This document shows positions 28,981-39,052 of a stretch of DNA of 64,000 bases, piece after piece (within the stretch, counting starts at the first letter, position 1; each line of letters begins with the position of its first letter). The stretch lies in assembly GCA_043814545.1 (NCBI GenBank), contig JBDRJY010000007.1, positions 6,819-70,818 on the forward strand, given 5' to 3'. Under the pieces are notes generated by a model. It had not been told where the DNA came from. It was given only the letters and a program-made list of their open reading frames with translations, and did not search any database. This stretch comes from an archaeon. GTDB taxonomy: Archaea; Nanobdellota; Nanobdellia; SCGC-AAA011-G17; GW2011-AR17. The position numbers and the translations under genes were made by a program.

Positions 28981-29979
28981 ATGACTGACCATATTGCTTT
29001 AGTTTATGATTTAGACCATACTTTAACCACAGCTTACCAGCAGACAGCTTTGTTTCAAGATCATCTTGTAAATTTACAACAAGAATATGGAAAGAGAAGA
29101 ATAACTAAACCTGACGATTACTGGAAACTTGTTTCTAAAAGAGTTGATTTAGGCATTGGTTATATGGAACAAATCTTGAACGATATTCAAAATAATATTT
29201 TCGCAGGCATAACTAATGAAGTTTTAGAAAAAGAATATGGTCCACGTCTAGAATTAGCACCAGGTTTGCCAGATTTTTTTGAACGTATTAACGAATTTTG
29301 TAAACAAGAAGGAATTAAGGTAGACCACCATATTGTCAGTGTAGGACTTAAACCAATTATTCAAGGAAGCAAACTTGCACCTTACATGAAATCTATCCAT
29401 GCGAGCGAATTTGAAGAAGATAAAGAAGGAAACATTACAGGGTTCAAACATGTTTTAGGTCCAACAAAAAAACCTAATGTTGTTAAAGACATTTGTCGAG
29501 GTAAAGGAAGCGATTTTAAACCTTTTCACGAATACGATATTTTTCACCGAGACATACTTGCTTTCGGTGACGGTCAATCCGATATTGAAATGTTTACATA
29601 TCTTAAGTCACGAGGTGCGACTTGCTTTGGTGTTTATCCAATAGGATCTTCTGAATCTTATGCAAAAGCACATGGAAACTTAGGAAGATGTATTAACATT
29701 TTAGTTCCAAGAGATTATAGGGAAAAAAGTGACCTTGAACGTTTTGTAAAAAAAGCAATCTTACAAAAAAGAGACAGAGAATGTATTGATATTAATCCAA
29801 ATATGATGCACAGGTACAGATATGGAAAAGTTTTCCCTTCAGAAGCACAATTGATTGAAAACCATTTACGAACAAATTGCCCTGAATGTAAAATCGAAGA
29901 AGAGCTCTTAGCAGTCCCACCAAGGTATACAGATAAAGAAGATCCATTGTATCACGTTAAACGTAACGGTTTCTCTTAG
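28981..29979 (+). CDS. HAD-like hydrolase
   Basis: YDLDHTL, IVSVG and FGDGQSD motifs. Confidence 0.8.
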   Translation: MTDHIALVYDLDHTLTTAYQQTALFQDHLVNLQQEYGKRRITKPDDYWKLVSKRVDLGIGYMEQILNDIQNNIFAGITNEVLEKEYGPRLELAPGLPDFFERINEFCKQEGIKVDHHIVSVGLKPIIQGSKLAPYMKSIHASEFEEDKEGNITGFKHVLGPTKKPNVVKDICRGKGSDFKPFHEYDIFHRDILAFGDGQSDIEMFTYLKSRGATCFGVYPIGSSESYAKAHGNLGRCINILVPRDYREKSDLERFVKKAILQKRDRECIDINPNMMHRYRYGKVFPSEAQLIENHLRTNCPECKIEEELLAVPPRYTDKEDPLYHVKRNGFS

Positions 29980-29993
29980 CTTAAAAAATAATT

Positions 29994-30818
29994 CTACAAT
30001 AACTTCTGTTTTTTAACATAAAGAACATAAAATGTTCTAAACAATCCTAACAGTATTACAAAGATTAATACAAAAATAATACCTAGCACTATACCAACTA
30101 TAGACTGTCCCACTAAAGAAACTAATAAACTAAAATAAAAAAATAAAAATAATAAAGTTAAAAATAAGAACAGTAAAAATAATGGAAACAATTTAAAAAA
30201 TTTCTTAAAACTTATTTGAACAAGTTTACCAAAATTAGATAAGTCAAGTTTTGTCAAAACAGCATAACTCAAAAACATTACATACAAAACAAAAGCTAAC
30301 AAGATTAAACCTAAAACTAGTTTAGAAAAAAAGTAAGGGACTTCTTCAAACAATACCGATGTTATCATGTCAAGAACCATTTTCAGTAACAAAGTTAATA
30401 TTAAAATTCCTGGAAAACTTAAAGCAAAAAACTTATACATGTGCTCAGAGTTGTAAAACTTTGAACTTTTAATTAAGTTAAAACTAAAACCTTGCGAAAG
30501 ACACCATAAAATAAAAAAACCTATTGGTATTATGATATAAAAAAACACTTGGATTTTAGCAGTGATAGGGTATAACTGTTCTAACAAAGTTGTAAACTGT
30601 AACTGTGCCATTGTTGCGTTTTCAACGAAAAGATTTTGTACTGTACTAATCTGGTCTTGAAACAACTGTATCTGGACAAAATACGTTTTTAATTTAAACC
30701 TAGAATATAAAACTAGTAAAGAAAGGAAAAAAACAAAGGCTAAATCTAAGACTAAAAACTTCCACCATTTATTAAAATACAATTCAAAGGATTTTTTTAT
30801 CAAAGATTTCATTTTCAA
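29994..30818 (-). CDS. Polytopic membrane protein, coupled to the giant protein upstream
   Basis: About 6 TM helices; 4-nt start/stop overlap. Confidence 0.7.
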   Translation of the reverse strand: MKMKSLIKKSFELYFNKWWKFLVLDLAFVFFLSLLVLYSRFKLKTYFVQIQLFQDQISTVQNLFVENATMAQLQFTTLLEQLYPITAKIQVFFYIIIPIGFFILWCLSQGFSFNLIKSSKFYNSEHMYKFFALSFPGILILTLLLKMVLDMITSVLFEEVPYFFSKLVLGLILLAFVLYVMFLSYAVLTKLDLSNFGKLVQISFKKFFKLFPLFLLFLFLTLLFLFFYFSLLVSLVGQSIVGIVLGIIFVLIFVILLGLFRTFYVLYVKKQKLL

Positions 30819-33800
30819 GCATTAGTACAATAAAATTTCGTAGTCCCTTCAATAAGAGCAAGTTCACAATTTCCAATATCACATATATCATTAGCGCAAG
30901 CTTGAGCAAGCATAGTCGAACCACCATAAACAGATTCAAAGATCAAACTATTATAACTATAACAATAATCTAATCCAAAGTCATAACATGAAAAACATCC
31001 GGAAGCACCTTGTTCAGTTGTACCTAAAAAACAACCATCAATCGCCACACATTTGTCATAGGATGTCCTTGTCCCATCATTACAATCTTCACAAGAAGAA
31101 CAATCTATTTCACCTACACCTGTCAATTGTTCAACATCATAAACATTTAAACCAGCATCCTGGCACGAAGCTTCATCACCTTCTTCTAAATAAAAATAAT
31201 CGCAGCCTAAATTACAAGGATCTTCCTTACAAGTCAACTCAACACTGGAATAAAGCGTCCCTAAATCTGAATAAGTAAAATCAAATACTTTAGTATTATA
31301 ATCATTACAATAATTAATCTCGCTACAATCGCCACACTCCGGACCAGTTCCCCCTTGATACAAAACACAATCGCCGTAATCCTTCATACATATATCATAA
31401 ATTGTTGCAATAGAAGTATCTGCTTGCCAGTATTCGTAAAGTGAATTATAATTTTCACAAACTTTTTCTTCACAAACATTATTTAATTCATCCCAAATAC
31501 ATTCTCCAACACCACATGCGTCAAGCCCACATTCTTTCTGTGCAAAAGATTCATCTAAAACATACCATTCTTCATAATCATAAATACCGTCGTAAGCATA
31601 AGTTGAATAATCAACACAAACGTCAATAGCGTTACAATCTTTGCAATACGATTTACCACCCTCATCACCTAAAAAACATTGACCTCGGTTATAATAATCT
31701 TGATGACACTCGTCAAACGCTTCATTATCTCCTGAAAAACAATCTTTGCCACAATCAGTACAATCGTATTTAGTAACTGAAACACATTCACCACCAAAAT
31801 CTAAACTAGAATCTTCACGCCACGAACAAGTGCCAAACCCGCACGAATCCATTTCACATTCTTTCTGTGCAAAATATTCACCGTCGTACTTATTATCATA
31901 CGCATAATTATAAGTTTCACAATCAGTAATAGCATCGCATGAACGACAATAAGCATTATCGTTATCAAAAGGAGATACAATCAAAACACATTCACCATTT
32001 TCATAATCACGGCTATGACATAAGTCAAAAGCGTTTTCATTTCCCTTAACACAATCATTACACTCTTCACAACTTAAAGCAGTCTTACAACTACCACCAG
32101 CGTTTAAAGTATCATCCTCTTCCCAATAACAAGGACCTTTACTACAACTATCCAATTCACACTCTTTTTTGTAAAAATGTTCATTATCAGTCGCAACACC
32201 GTAATAAGTATAATGTGACATAGAATAACTTTCACATGAAGTTATACCTTGTGAATAAGTCCAGCCCCAATTAACAAGACCAAACGTCCAACTATCACCC
32301 AAACAACTTTTACATTCAGGTTCGCCATTAGCATCATCGCCAAGGAAACAAGCAGTACCTTCAGTCGTACCGTCGTCAGAAAGGTAAACCGTGTCAAGGT
32401 CCGTCGCATAATAACCTACTTGATGACATTTGTCAAATATTGCATTTGCATCTAAAGCAGTGTTAGCATAATCACAAGTTTCATATTGTATTGTAGTAAT
32501 CTCAGGCACACAGTTATGATTTTCGCAAGTGTAAGCTATACCACCATAATAAGCAACATCCAAATCTTCATAATAAGTACCACAATCAGCAGTCGTGCTA
32601 CAATAGTCAGGATAAACATCTTCCTCTAAAGTATTTTCAAGATAACAATAACTGTTTTCACCTTCAGAAAGACATTCATAACCACTAGGACAACCTGTCG
32701 ATGGATAGTCGCAACTTATCCTAGAATCAATAGGGTAACAAGAGTGATACTTACATTCATATTCAATATCTTCATTATTATATACTGTACACTCAGAATC
32801 AACATCACACCAAGTTACAGCAACTCCTGTAAGTTCAAACGTTTGACAATAACCTGCAACACAAACATAATCAGTATTATCAGAACAAAGATTCTTTTCG
32901 TCGCATTCAATCAAACAAACTCCGCTTAAACAATCAGAACCGTCCACACACGTGTTGCCATAGTCACATTTAGGGAACTGTGTTTGTGCATTAGCGTTAA
33001 CATCTTTAGTAGGATTATAATCATAACATAAACCACTAATACAAATTTGGTTGGCAGGATCAGGACAAGGATTAGCATCGTCACAATCAGCAAAACAATA
33101 ACCATCTAAACATTCGCCACCAAGACAATATCCATCATCACATCTTGGTACAGTTATCGAACCAAGCTCTTCAGTAAAACTACCAATATCATCAGTCTTC
33201 AAACAATAATCAGATTTGATACATTCGTAGTCAATGGTAGGACAATCTTCATCTTTATCACACTCAAGCCAACAATCATCACCGTAACAAAGAGCATCTT
33301 GTTTTACACAACAAAGTTCAGGGTCAGAATTACATAACTTGGGCGAACACGAAGCAGAAACATCACACGAACTATAATATTCCCAAATACCATTTTGACA
33401 TTTGCCAACAGTAAGAGACACACCAGTAAGAGACACACCATAATAATCACTAATAATATCTAAGCACGCATAATCTTGATTATCATCAGAACAATCGCTG
33501 CCATATTCAAAATATCCTACATCAACTTGAACAACTTCTTCTTCGACAACAGTTGTAGTAGTTGTAGTAATATCATCTGCAGCTTCAAGCGCAGCTTCTT
33601 CTACGTCAGACAAAGGTTCTAAACCTTCATCTTCACCCATCAGAGTTTGCGTATCAGTTGTCTTCATACCACCCATTGTTTTGAACAACTGTCCGATTTT
33701 GTAAAGAGACTGCAATTCTACATCTGGAGATAAAGTACGCTCATACAAATCATTAAAGGCATTAACCAACTCCACCATTTCATTCATTGTTGTAGCTGTT

Positions 33801-36800
33801 CCAACTGCTTCTTCAAGAGTATCTAACATGTTCACGCTATCGTCTAAATCTAAAAGATCGTCAATGCCTAATTCATCTTTAATTTCTTCAATGCCAATAG
33901 CTTCAAGTTCAGTTGAAACAGTTTCGTACCTTTGAGTATCCTGAATAGTAATTGTTCTTGAATCAAGCCAACATCCGCCTAAGCTACGACCTTCACTATC
34001 CTCACCACAAGTTCCAACATACAACCAGTCGTTAGGGTTAGTACCTGACCCTGGATTATTAACTGCACATATTCTAATTAAACCAGTTGTTAACATGTCA
34101 ACATCATAAGGAGTAGTAAAACTTAACAAACTCGGGCTTGTGCGCGGAGCGCTAGGAACACAATCAGATTCTGAATCAATTTCGCGGCTTAACTCGTCTT
34201 GCACTAACAAGTCGTTCAAGTAATCTAAACTGAACGCAGTGCTAACCGAACCAAAACCACAATGTTCAACACCGTTTATCCTGACACAAATTTCATCATA
34301 ACCTTCAGTCGTTGCACAATCAACAGTATAATCTGCCATCTCGCCTTTCGCAATTGTCGACGAACGTTTACCACAAGTTTCAGTCACGTAGTAAGGCCAT
34401 AAAGTTCCAGTAGAACTTTTCAGGTAAACACTATACGTAGCATCTTCATCTTCGCCAGCATAAATATGATAATAAGATTGGTACGCTTCTTGTTGTTGAG
34501 TTTCAGCATAAGGTTTTACAGTTAAAAGAGCTGTGAACTGTGGCGGACTTTCAGGCTCAGTCAACTGCGTAAACAAGTCACCGAACTCAGGCATCTTACC
34601 AAAAATCGCTTGCTTACAAATCAAAGCACCTATCTCTTCAGTTGACCTTCCTTGGAAAGCTGAAAACGCTGTCTGAGCATAATCTTGTGTAAAATATTCA
34701 ATCGAGTTAGCAGCATTTTCAAAACTTGTCTGGAAAGTTAAATATTCGCCACCGCCTTCCTGTTGACCAAACACTTTTTCTGATAACAGTTCTAGGATAC
34801 CACCGTTAGCGTTAAAAATATTTATCAGTTCCCTAGCAATCATTTCACAAACGAAAACTGACCTAATCTTATCACAAATTCCGACAGACGTACCTTCAAA
34901 CTTAGCAGCTTCAAGACATTCAACATACCCTTCCATGAAAGACTGTATGTTTTGTAAACCTGCCAATACGCCAGTAAGACATACAGGCACCATATCTCCA
35001 CTGCCCCAAGGTAAAACTATCGAACCAATCAAACCTGTTTCAACTACGTTATTCACGTTCCATCTTCCACCTAAGTTAAACCGAGAAGTAGGACACATTA
35101 CAGGATCACATACATTAAACATAAGTTTACAATCGCCAGGGTTCATTACATCGTAACATGTCATTGACGCGCCAGGATCAATTGATTTTGCTTTACCTGA
35201 ACTAATCACAAAACTTGTACCTTCAATTGAAACAATTTCACCATCACTTTTACCTTCCATTTTTCTTATCGCTCGTTCAACTGACGACCTTAACCGATTA
35301 TACGTGCTATGTTCTAACTCTAACTGGCTACTATGCATAATTAAAACATCATCACCTGTACACAACCGACCGTCAGCGCCAACGTTCCACAATTCTAAAG
35401 TGTCAGGCGACCCGTCTTTATAGAAATCTAAGATTTTCACAAACTCGCCATTATTAGTTGGCACACAATATGGTTTATCATCACCATAACGCTCAATAGG
35501 AGGTATACCTGCATAATCAGTACGCGTTGTAAAACTTGAAAACGCTGTAACTTGCGCAACATAAAGCTTGTTAGTATCTTTATCAATGTAAACTTCGCCT
35601 TGCTCAGTCGCAACAACTGCAGTCAAATCATTTTCATAACTAGAAGCAATACGATCCATATCCTTAGATATTTCTTCAAGCTCAGCACCAGTAGCAGTTT
35701 TATTTTTATTTTCAAGATAAGTCTGATATTCTTCAACATCTAAAGGCGTTAAAACTAAAACTCCTGATAAAGTGTCAGCATAAATATTATTATCACTTTC
35801 TTTTTTGTAAACTGAAGTTAAAACATCAACAGTATCACTATTAATATACCTGAACTCAGACGGTGTAACTTCAGGTTCAGTTAACGCTTGATTATACAAG
35901 TTAGTAAAAATTCGATTTTGTTCGTCTTCATGTTCACTAAAATAATTTTTCCATTCTTTTGATTTAGTTGCATTAACAGCAGTGTTACAAGCGTCTTGCT
36001 TTTCCTTATTAGATAACGTAAAACCTGCAAGGTTAGTATTGGTTTCAGCTTGAAGATTATATTCTTGCGTGCCTGATAACGAATTATAACTTCTAGTTTT
36101 TGACATACCTGTCCAGTAAGCATGATTACGCAAAGCTTCCAAGTCATGGAACTCACTCGCACCTAAATACTCAACACACGTGTTCATGTCATCATAACCA
36201 GTTGTAAGATTCTTGTACCATTCTTGCGACAAATAATTATCGTCAGTAAACTGGTTGTTCACATCTGATACAACAGTTTTCGTGTCAGCTATCTGTTGTG
36301 TTATCTCGGACGAATGTGTAGCAATACAATCATCAAACGTTTGATGTAATTTACCTGAACCAGAGTTAGCTTGACAGTAAGCATACCATCCACTTTGACC
36401 ATCCTGGCCACGCATTACAAAACTTCTAGCTTGCGAAGTTGAAAATCCAGATAAGAATGAATTTTTCACTGTTAAGAAACCAAACGTTGCAAGGCAAACA
36501 GTTTTCCAAGTCTTAACCAATTTTTCTAAAGTATCAATAGTATTTTGCAACTTCTCAATTTGCTGCTGAGTTTTATTTATTTTTTGATCAATATTTTTCG
36601 GTGTTAAATTAAACGCAGCTTTGTCGACAGTAATATGCATTGAAAAGTTTGACCTGCTAATCAATTCACGACCAGTACCAGGTATGATTGAAACATGCGC
36701 ACGTTTATACAACTCAACATCATCAACGCGTACATTATAACCGTCAACAGATTCAGTATCACTTAAACTAATTGTTTTTGTTGAAAACGTTGGACTTACT

Positions 36801-39052
36801 GGTTGTTTATCAAGATAATTTTTCTGAAACGTTACAGAGTTAGAATTGATTGACTGTATAATCCACTGATATTCATAAGTTTCATCACCGTCAGACTCAG
36901 TTCGTGTAAAAGGCAAGGCTTGCCCAGTTTGATAATCGTTAGTTGACCCTTGCACATTCAAGGTAGCTTTAGGCATTAAATAAGAAGGCGTTTCAGCAAC
37001 GTTCAACAATTTTACTGTAAGATACTTACCATTATCATCAAGTTCAGCAATACCATACTCTAAATTTTGTTTAATTGCATTTTGTAACTCACTCATCCAA
37101 TCATACAAAGCGCCAAGGTCAGGAATATTATTGTTAGCAACACCACGTTCAAGATATTCTAACTCATACTGTCGAGCACCATCAATATCTAAATTACCTA
37201 ACTCTTTGTACACTTTAGCAATTTCTATTGCAGCCAAATCAGAATATAAGTAACCATTATCATCAGTTTTTGACGAATAAAAATCCATAACATTTTTGAA
37301 ATATTCTTTCGAAGTGCAAAAACGTTTAGCTTGTTCAACAGCTTCTACGTCTGCAGAAGTTAAACCAGCTGAAGGTATAACCATACTACCATAAACTTCA
37401 CAAGGATCGTCGCTTACTGCACGAATAATCTTAACAGTAACTTCGTTACCGCTTTGAGTTAAATCATACTGGAAACCTGCTGGCAAAATCTCTAACATAA
37501 CATCAGCAAGAGTATCATTTTCTTGAACTGTATAAGTCCGTGTCCAGCCTGACGACCCTGTTTGCGCCACAACAGTTGCAGCAGTTTCAAACCTGTCAAT
37601 TAAAGTGCTAACATCTCCACTGCCCCACAGGTTCTCAAGCTTAGCAACATCATAACCAGATTCTAAAGCTGCAACAATATTTTCGATCACAGGCAAATAC
37701 TCAGAACCTTGATCTTCAATCTTTTCAACAAGATCTTCTGCAAAGTCAGGAACATAATCTGCTAAAACAGATTTCTTTTCTTCAACATCAATTATCTGCG
37801 ACAAGTCAAAGTTAACAGTCATAGTTTTCAAACCTTTTTCAAAAGTCAAAGTTGAAAACTGCGTTTCAAGATCAGTAATATAAAACGAACTTAATTTAGT
37901 AGAAGAAGATTTTGAATAGTCAATATCTTTACCTTCTTCCTGTTCACCGCGCATATAAGTTGAAATAGTTTTTTTACCACGAGAACTTTTCAAAACAACT
38001 TGATACTCAGTATCGCCACCAGAAATTACAGGGTCGATTACACTAATGGAATATACTGTCCATATTGAACCCGGATACAGACTATCACCTTCGGACAACC
38101 TTTTTTTGTAAACAACACCATCAACATCAATTTCTAAATTAACTTCAACATTTTGCGGATCAGTTATACTGTTAAGTTTAATTCTAAACGATTCTTCAAT
38201 GATACCTTCGGTTTCTTGCAAGTTAAAATAACCTGAAGACTCCTCACCCACTTTTAAGGTAACATCAGCAATTGGACGAGGCGAACCAGTGAAAGGATAA
38301 GTAATATCATCGCCTGAATAAATCGTGAACGATGCAGATGTATCACTTACATCAGAAGCTCTTATTGCGCCACGATAACCAAAAAACCACGAAACTTCTG
38401 AAGTATCCATTACAGTTGTCGCACCAGCACCACCAACAGCGCCAAGGACAGCGTTGCTTAACCATTTATCTTCATCAGGCTCTTCAGCCAAAGACAAGTC
38501 CTGCTGTGCTAAACTATACAACCGTTCAGCATCTTCAAAATATACAACCGCAGAAAAATTTAAGTTAAAAGAATCAGGCACGTCAGCTTCGACAGGTATT
38601 TGTTTCAACCGCATCCAAACATGACCCATGTTATCTAAAGAATAATCTCTTGGAGCTCTAAACTTAGGACCAGACTTAATTAAATCTGAAGTACCTGCAT
38701 CTAAAGGCAAGACAACCATTTTCTTAACATTAATACCACCATAAAAAGGTTCAACTTCTGCAGGCGTACGCGTTAACGCACCTAAAGTCGTACCAATTAA
38801 ATATCCGTAAACATCAACATCATTATCTTCAATTAAATTTGCAGTAAGCATCAACGGCTCATAAGATTTCAAATTTACAATAACAGTTTCACCGGTTTCA
38901 GCTTCTTCAAAATCTCCACTAGCTTCTTCGATTGCCAGGTCAGGTGTTAAAGCTTCAGCAATTTGTTCAGGCGTACTAGTTTCTAAGGCTGACACAACCG
39001 GCAACATAATTACAAGAATCATACAAAACATAGCAGTGAAAATTTTCTTCAT
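30815..39052 (-). CDS. Giant (2745 aa) secreted protein with a coiled coil and a Cys-rich repeated C-terminus
   Basis: Signal peptide; IDQKINKTQQQIEKLQNTIDTLEKL coiled coil; about five C-terminal repeats of FDxC...ECxxDxC. Confidence 0.85.
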   Translation of the reverse strand: MKKIFTAMFCMILVIMLPVVSALETSTPEQIAEALTPDLAIEEASGDFEEAETGETVIVNLKSYEPLMLTANLIEDNDVDVYGYLIGTTLGALTRTPAEVEPFYGGINVKKMVVLPLDAGTSDLIKSGPKFRAPRDYSLDNMGHVWMRLKQIPVEADVPDSFNLNFSAVVYFEDAERLYSLAQQDLSLAEEPDEDKWLSNAVLGAVGGAGATTVMDTSEVSWFFGYRGAIRASDVSDTSASFTIYSGDDITYPFTGSPRPIADVTLKVGEESSGYFNLQETEGIIEESFRIKLNSITDPQNVEVNLEIDVDGVVYKKRLSEGDSLYPGSIWTVYSISVIDPVISGGDTEYQVVLKSSRGKKTISTYMRGEQEEGKDIDYSKSSSTKLSSFYITDLETQFSTLTFEKGLKTMTVNFDLSQIIDVEEKKSVLADYVPDFAEDLVEKIEDQGSEYLPVIENIVAALESGYDVAKLENLWGSGDVSTLIDRFETAATVVAQTGSSGWTRTYTVQENDTLADVMLEILPAGFQYDLTQSGNEVTVKIIRAVSDDPCEVYGSMVIPSAGLTSADVEAVEQAKRFCTSKEYFKNVMDFYSSKTDDNGYLYSDLAAIEIAKVYKELGNLDIDGARQYELEYLERGVANNNIPDLGALYDWMSELQNAIKQNLEYGIAELDDNGKYLTVKLLNVAETPSYLMPKATLNVQGSTNDYQTGQALPFTRTESDGDETYEYQWIIQSINSNSVTFQKNYLDKQPVSPTFSTKTISLSDTESVDGYNVRVDDVELYKRAHVSIIPGTGRELISRSNFSMHITVDKAAFNLTPKNIDQKINKTQQQIEKLQNTIDTLEKLVKTWKTVCLATFGFLTVKNSFLSGFSTSQARSFVMRGQDGQSGWYAYCQANSGSGKLHQTFDDCIATHSSEITQQIADTKTVVSDVNNQFTDDNYLSQEWYKNLTTGYDDMNTCVEYLGASEFHDLEALRNHAYWTGMSKTRSYNSLSGTQEYNLQAETNTNLAGFTLSNKEKQDACNTAVNATKSKEWKNYFSEHEDEQNRIFTNLYNQALTEPEVTPSEFRYINSDTVDVLTSVYKKESDNNIYADTLSGVLVLTPLDVEEYQTYLENKNKTATGAELEEISKDMDRIASSYENDLTAVVATEQGEVYIDKDTNKLYVAQVTAFSSFTTRTDYAGIPPIERYGDDKPYCVPTNNGEFVKILDFYKDGSPDTLELWNVGADGRLCTGDDVLIMHSSQLELEHSTYNRLRSSVERAIRKMEGKSDGEIVSIEGTSFVISSGKAKSIDPGASMTCYDVMNPGDCKLMFNVCDPVMCPTSRFNLGGRWNVNNVVETGLIGSIVLPWGSGDMVPVCLTGVLAGLQNIQSFMEGYVECLEAAKFEGTSVGICDKIRSVFVCEMIARELINIFNANGGILELLSEKVFGQQEGGGEYLTFQTSFENAANSIEYFTQDYAQTAFSAFQGRSTEEIGALICKQAIFGKMPEFGDLFTQLTEPESPPQFTALLTVKPYAETQQQEAYQSYYHIYAGEDEDATYSVYLKSSTGTLWPYYVTETCGKRSSTIAKGEMADYTVDCATTEGYDEICVRINGVEHCGFGSVSTAFSLDYLNDLLVQDELSREIDSESDCVPSAPRTSPSLLSFTTPYDVDMLTTGLIRICAVNNPGSGTNPNDWLYVGTCGEDSEGRSLGGCWLDSRTITIQDTQRYETVSTELEAIGIEEIKDELGIDDLLDLDDSVNMLDTLEEAVGTATTMNEMVELVNAFNDLYERTLSPDVELQSLYKIGQLFKTMGGMKTTDTQTLMGEDEGLEPLSDVEEAALEAADDITTTTTTVVEEEVVQVDVGYFEYGSDCSDDNQDYACLDIISDYYGVSLTGVSLTVGKCQNGIWEYYSSCDVSASCSPKLCNSDPELCCVKQDALCYGDDCWLECDKDEDCPTIDYECIKSDYCLKTDDIGSFTEELGSITVPRCDDGYCLGGECLDGYCFADCDDANPCPDPANQICISGLCYDYNPTKDVNANAQTQFPKCDYGNTCVDGSDCLSGVCLIECDEKNLCSDNTDYVCVAGYCQTFELTGVAVTWCDVDSECTVYNNEDIEYECKYHSCYPIDSRISCDYPSTGCPSGYECLSEGENSYCYLENTLEEDVYPDYCSTTADCGTYYEDLDVAYYGGIAYTCENHNCVPEITTIQYETCDYANTALDANAIFDKCHQVGYYATDLDTVYLSDDGTTEGTACFLGDDANGEPECKSCLGDSWTFGLVNWGWTYSQGITSCESYSMSHYTYYGVATDNEHFYKKECELDSCSKGPCYWEEDDTLNAGGSCKTALSCEECNDCVKGNENAFDLCHSRDYENGECVLIVSPFDNDNAYCRSCDAITDCETYNYAYDNKYDGEYFAQKECEMDSCGFGTCSWREDSSLDFGGECVSVTKYDCTDCGKDCFSGDNEAFDECHQDYYNRGQCFLGDEGGKSYCKDCNAIDVCVDYSTYAYDGIYDYEEWYVLDESFAQKECGLDACGVGECIWDELNNVCEEKVCENYNSLYEYWQADTSIATIYDICMKDYGDCVLYQGGTGPECGDCSEINYCNDYNTKVFDFTYSDLGTLYSSVELTCKEDPCNLGCDYFYLEEGDEASCQDAGLNVYDVEQLTGVGEIDCSSCEDCNDGTRTSYDKCVAIDGCFLGTTEQGASGCFSCYDFGLDYCYSYNSLIFESVYGGSTMLAQACANDICDIGNCELALIEGTTKFYCTNA

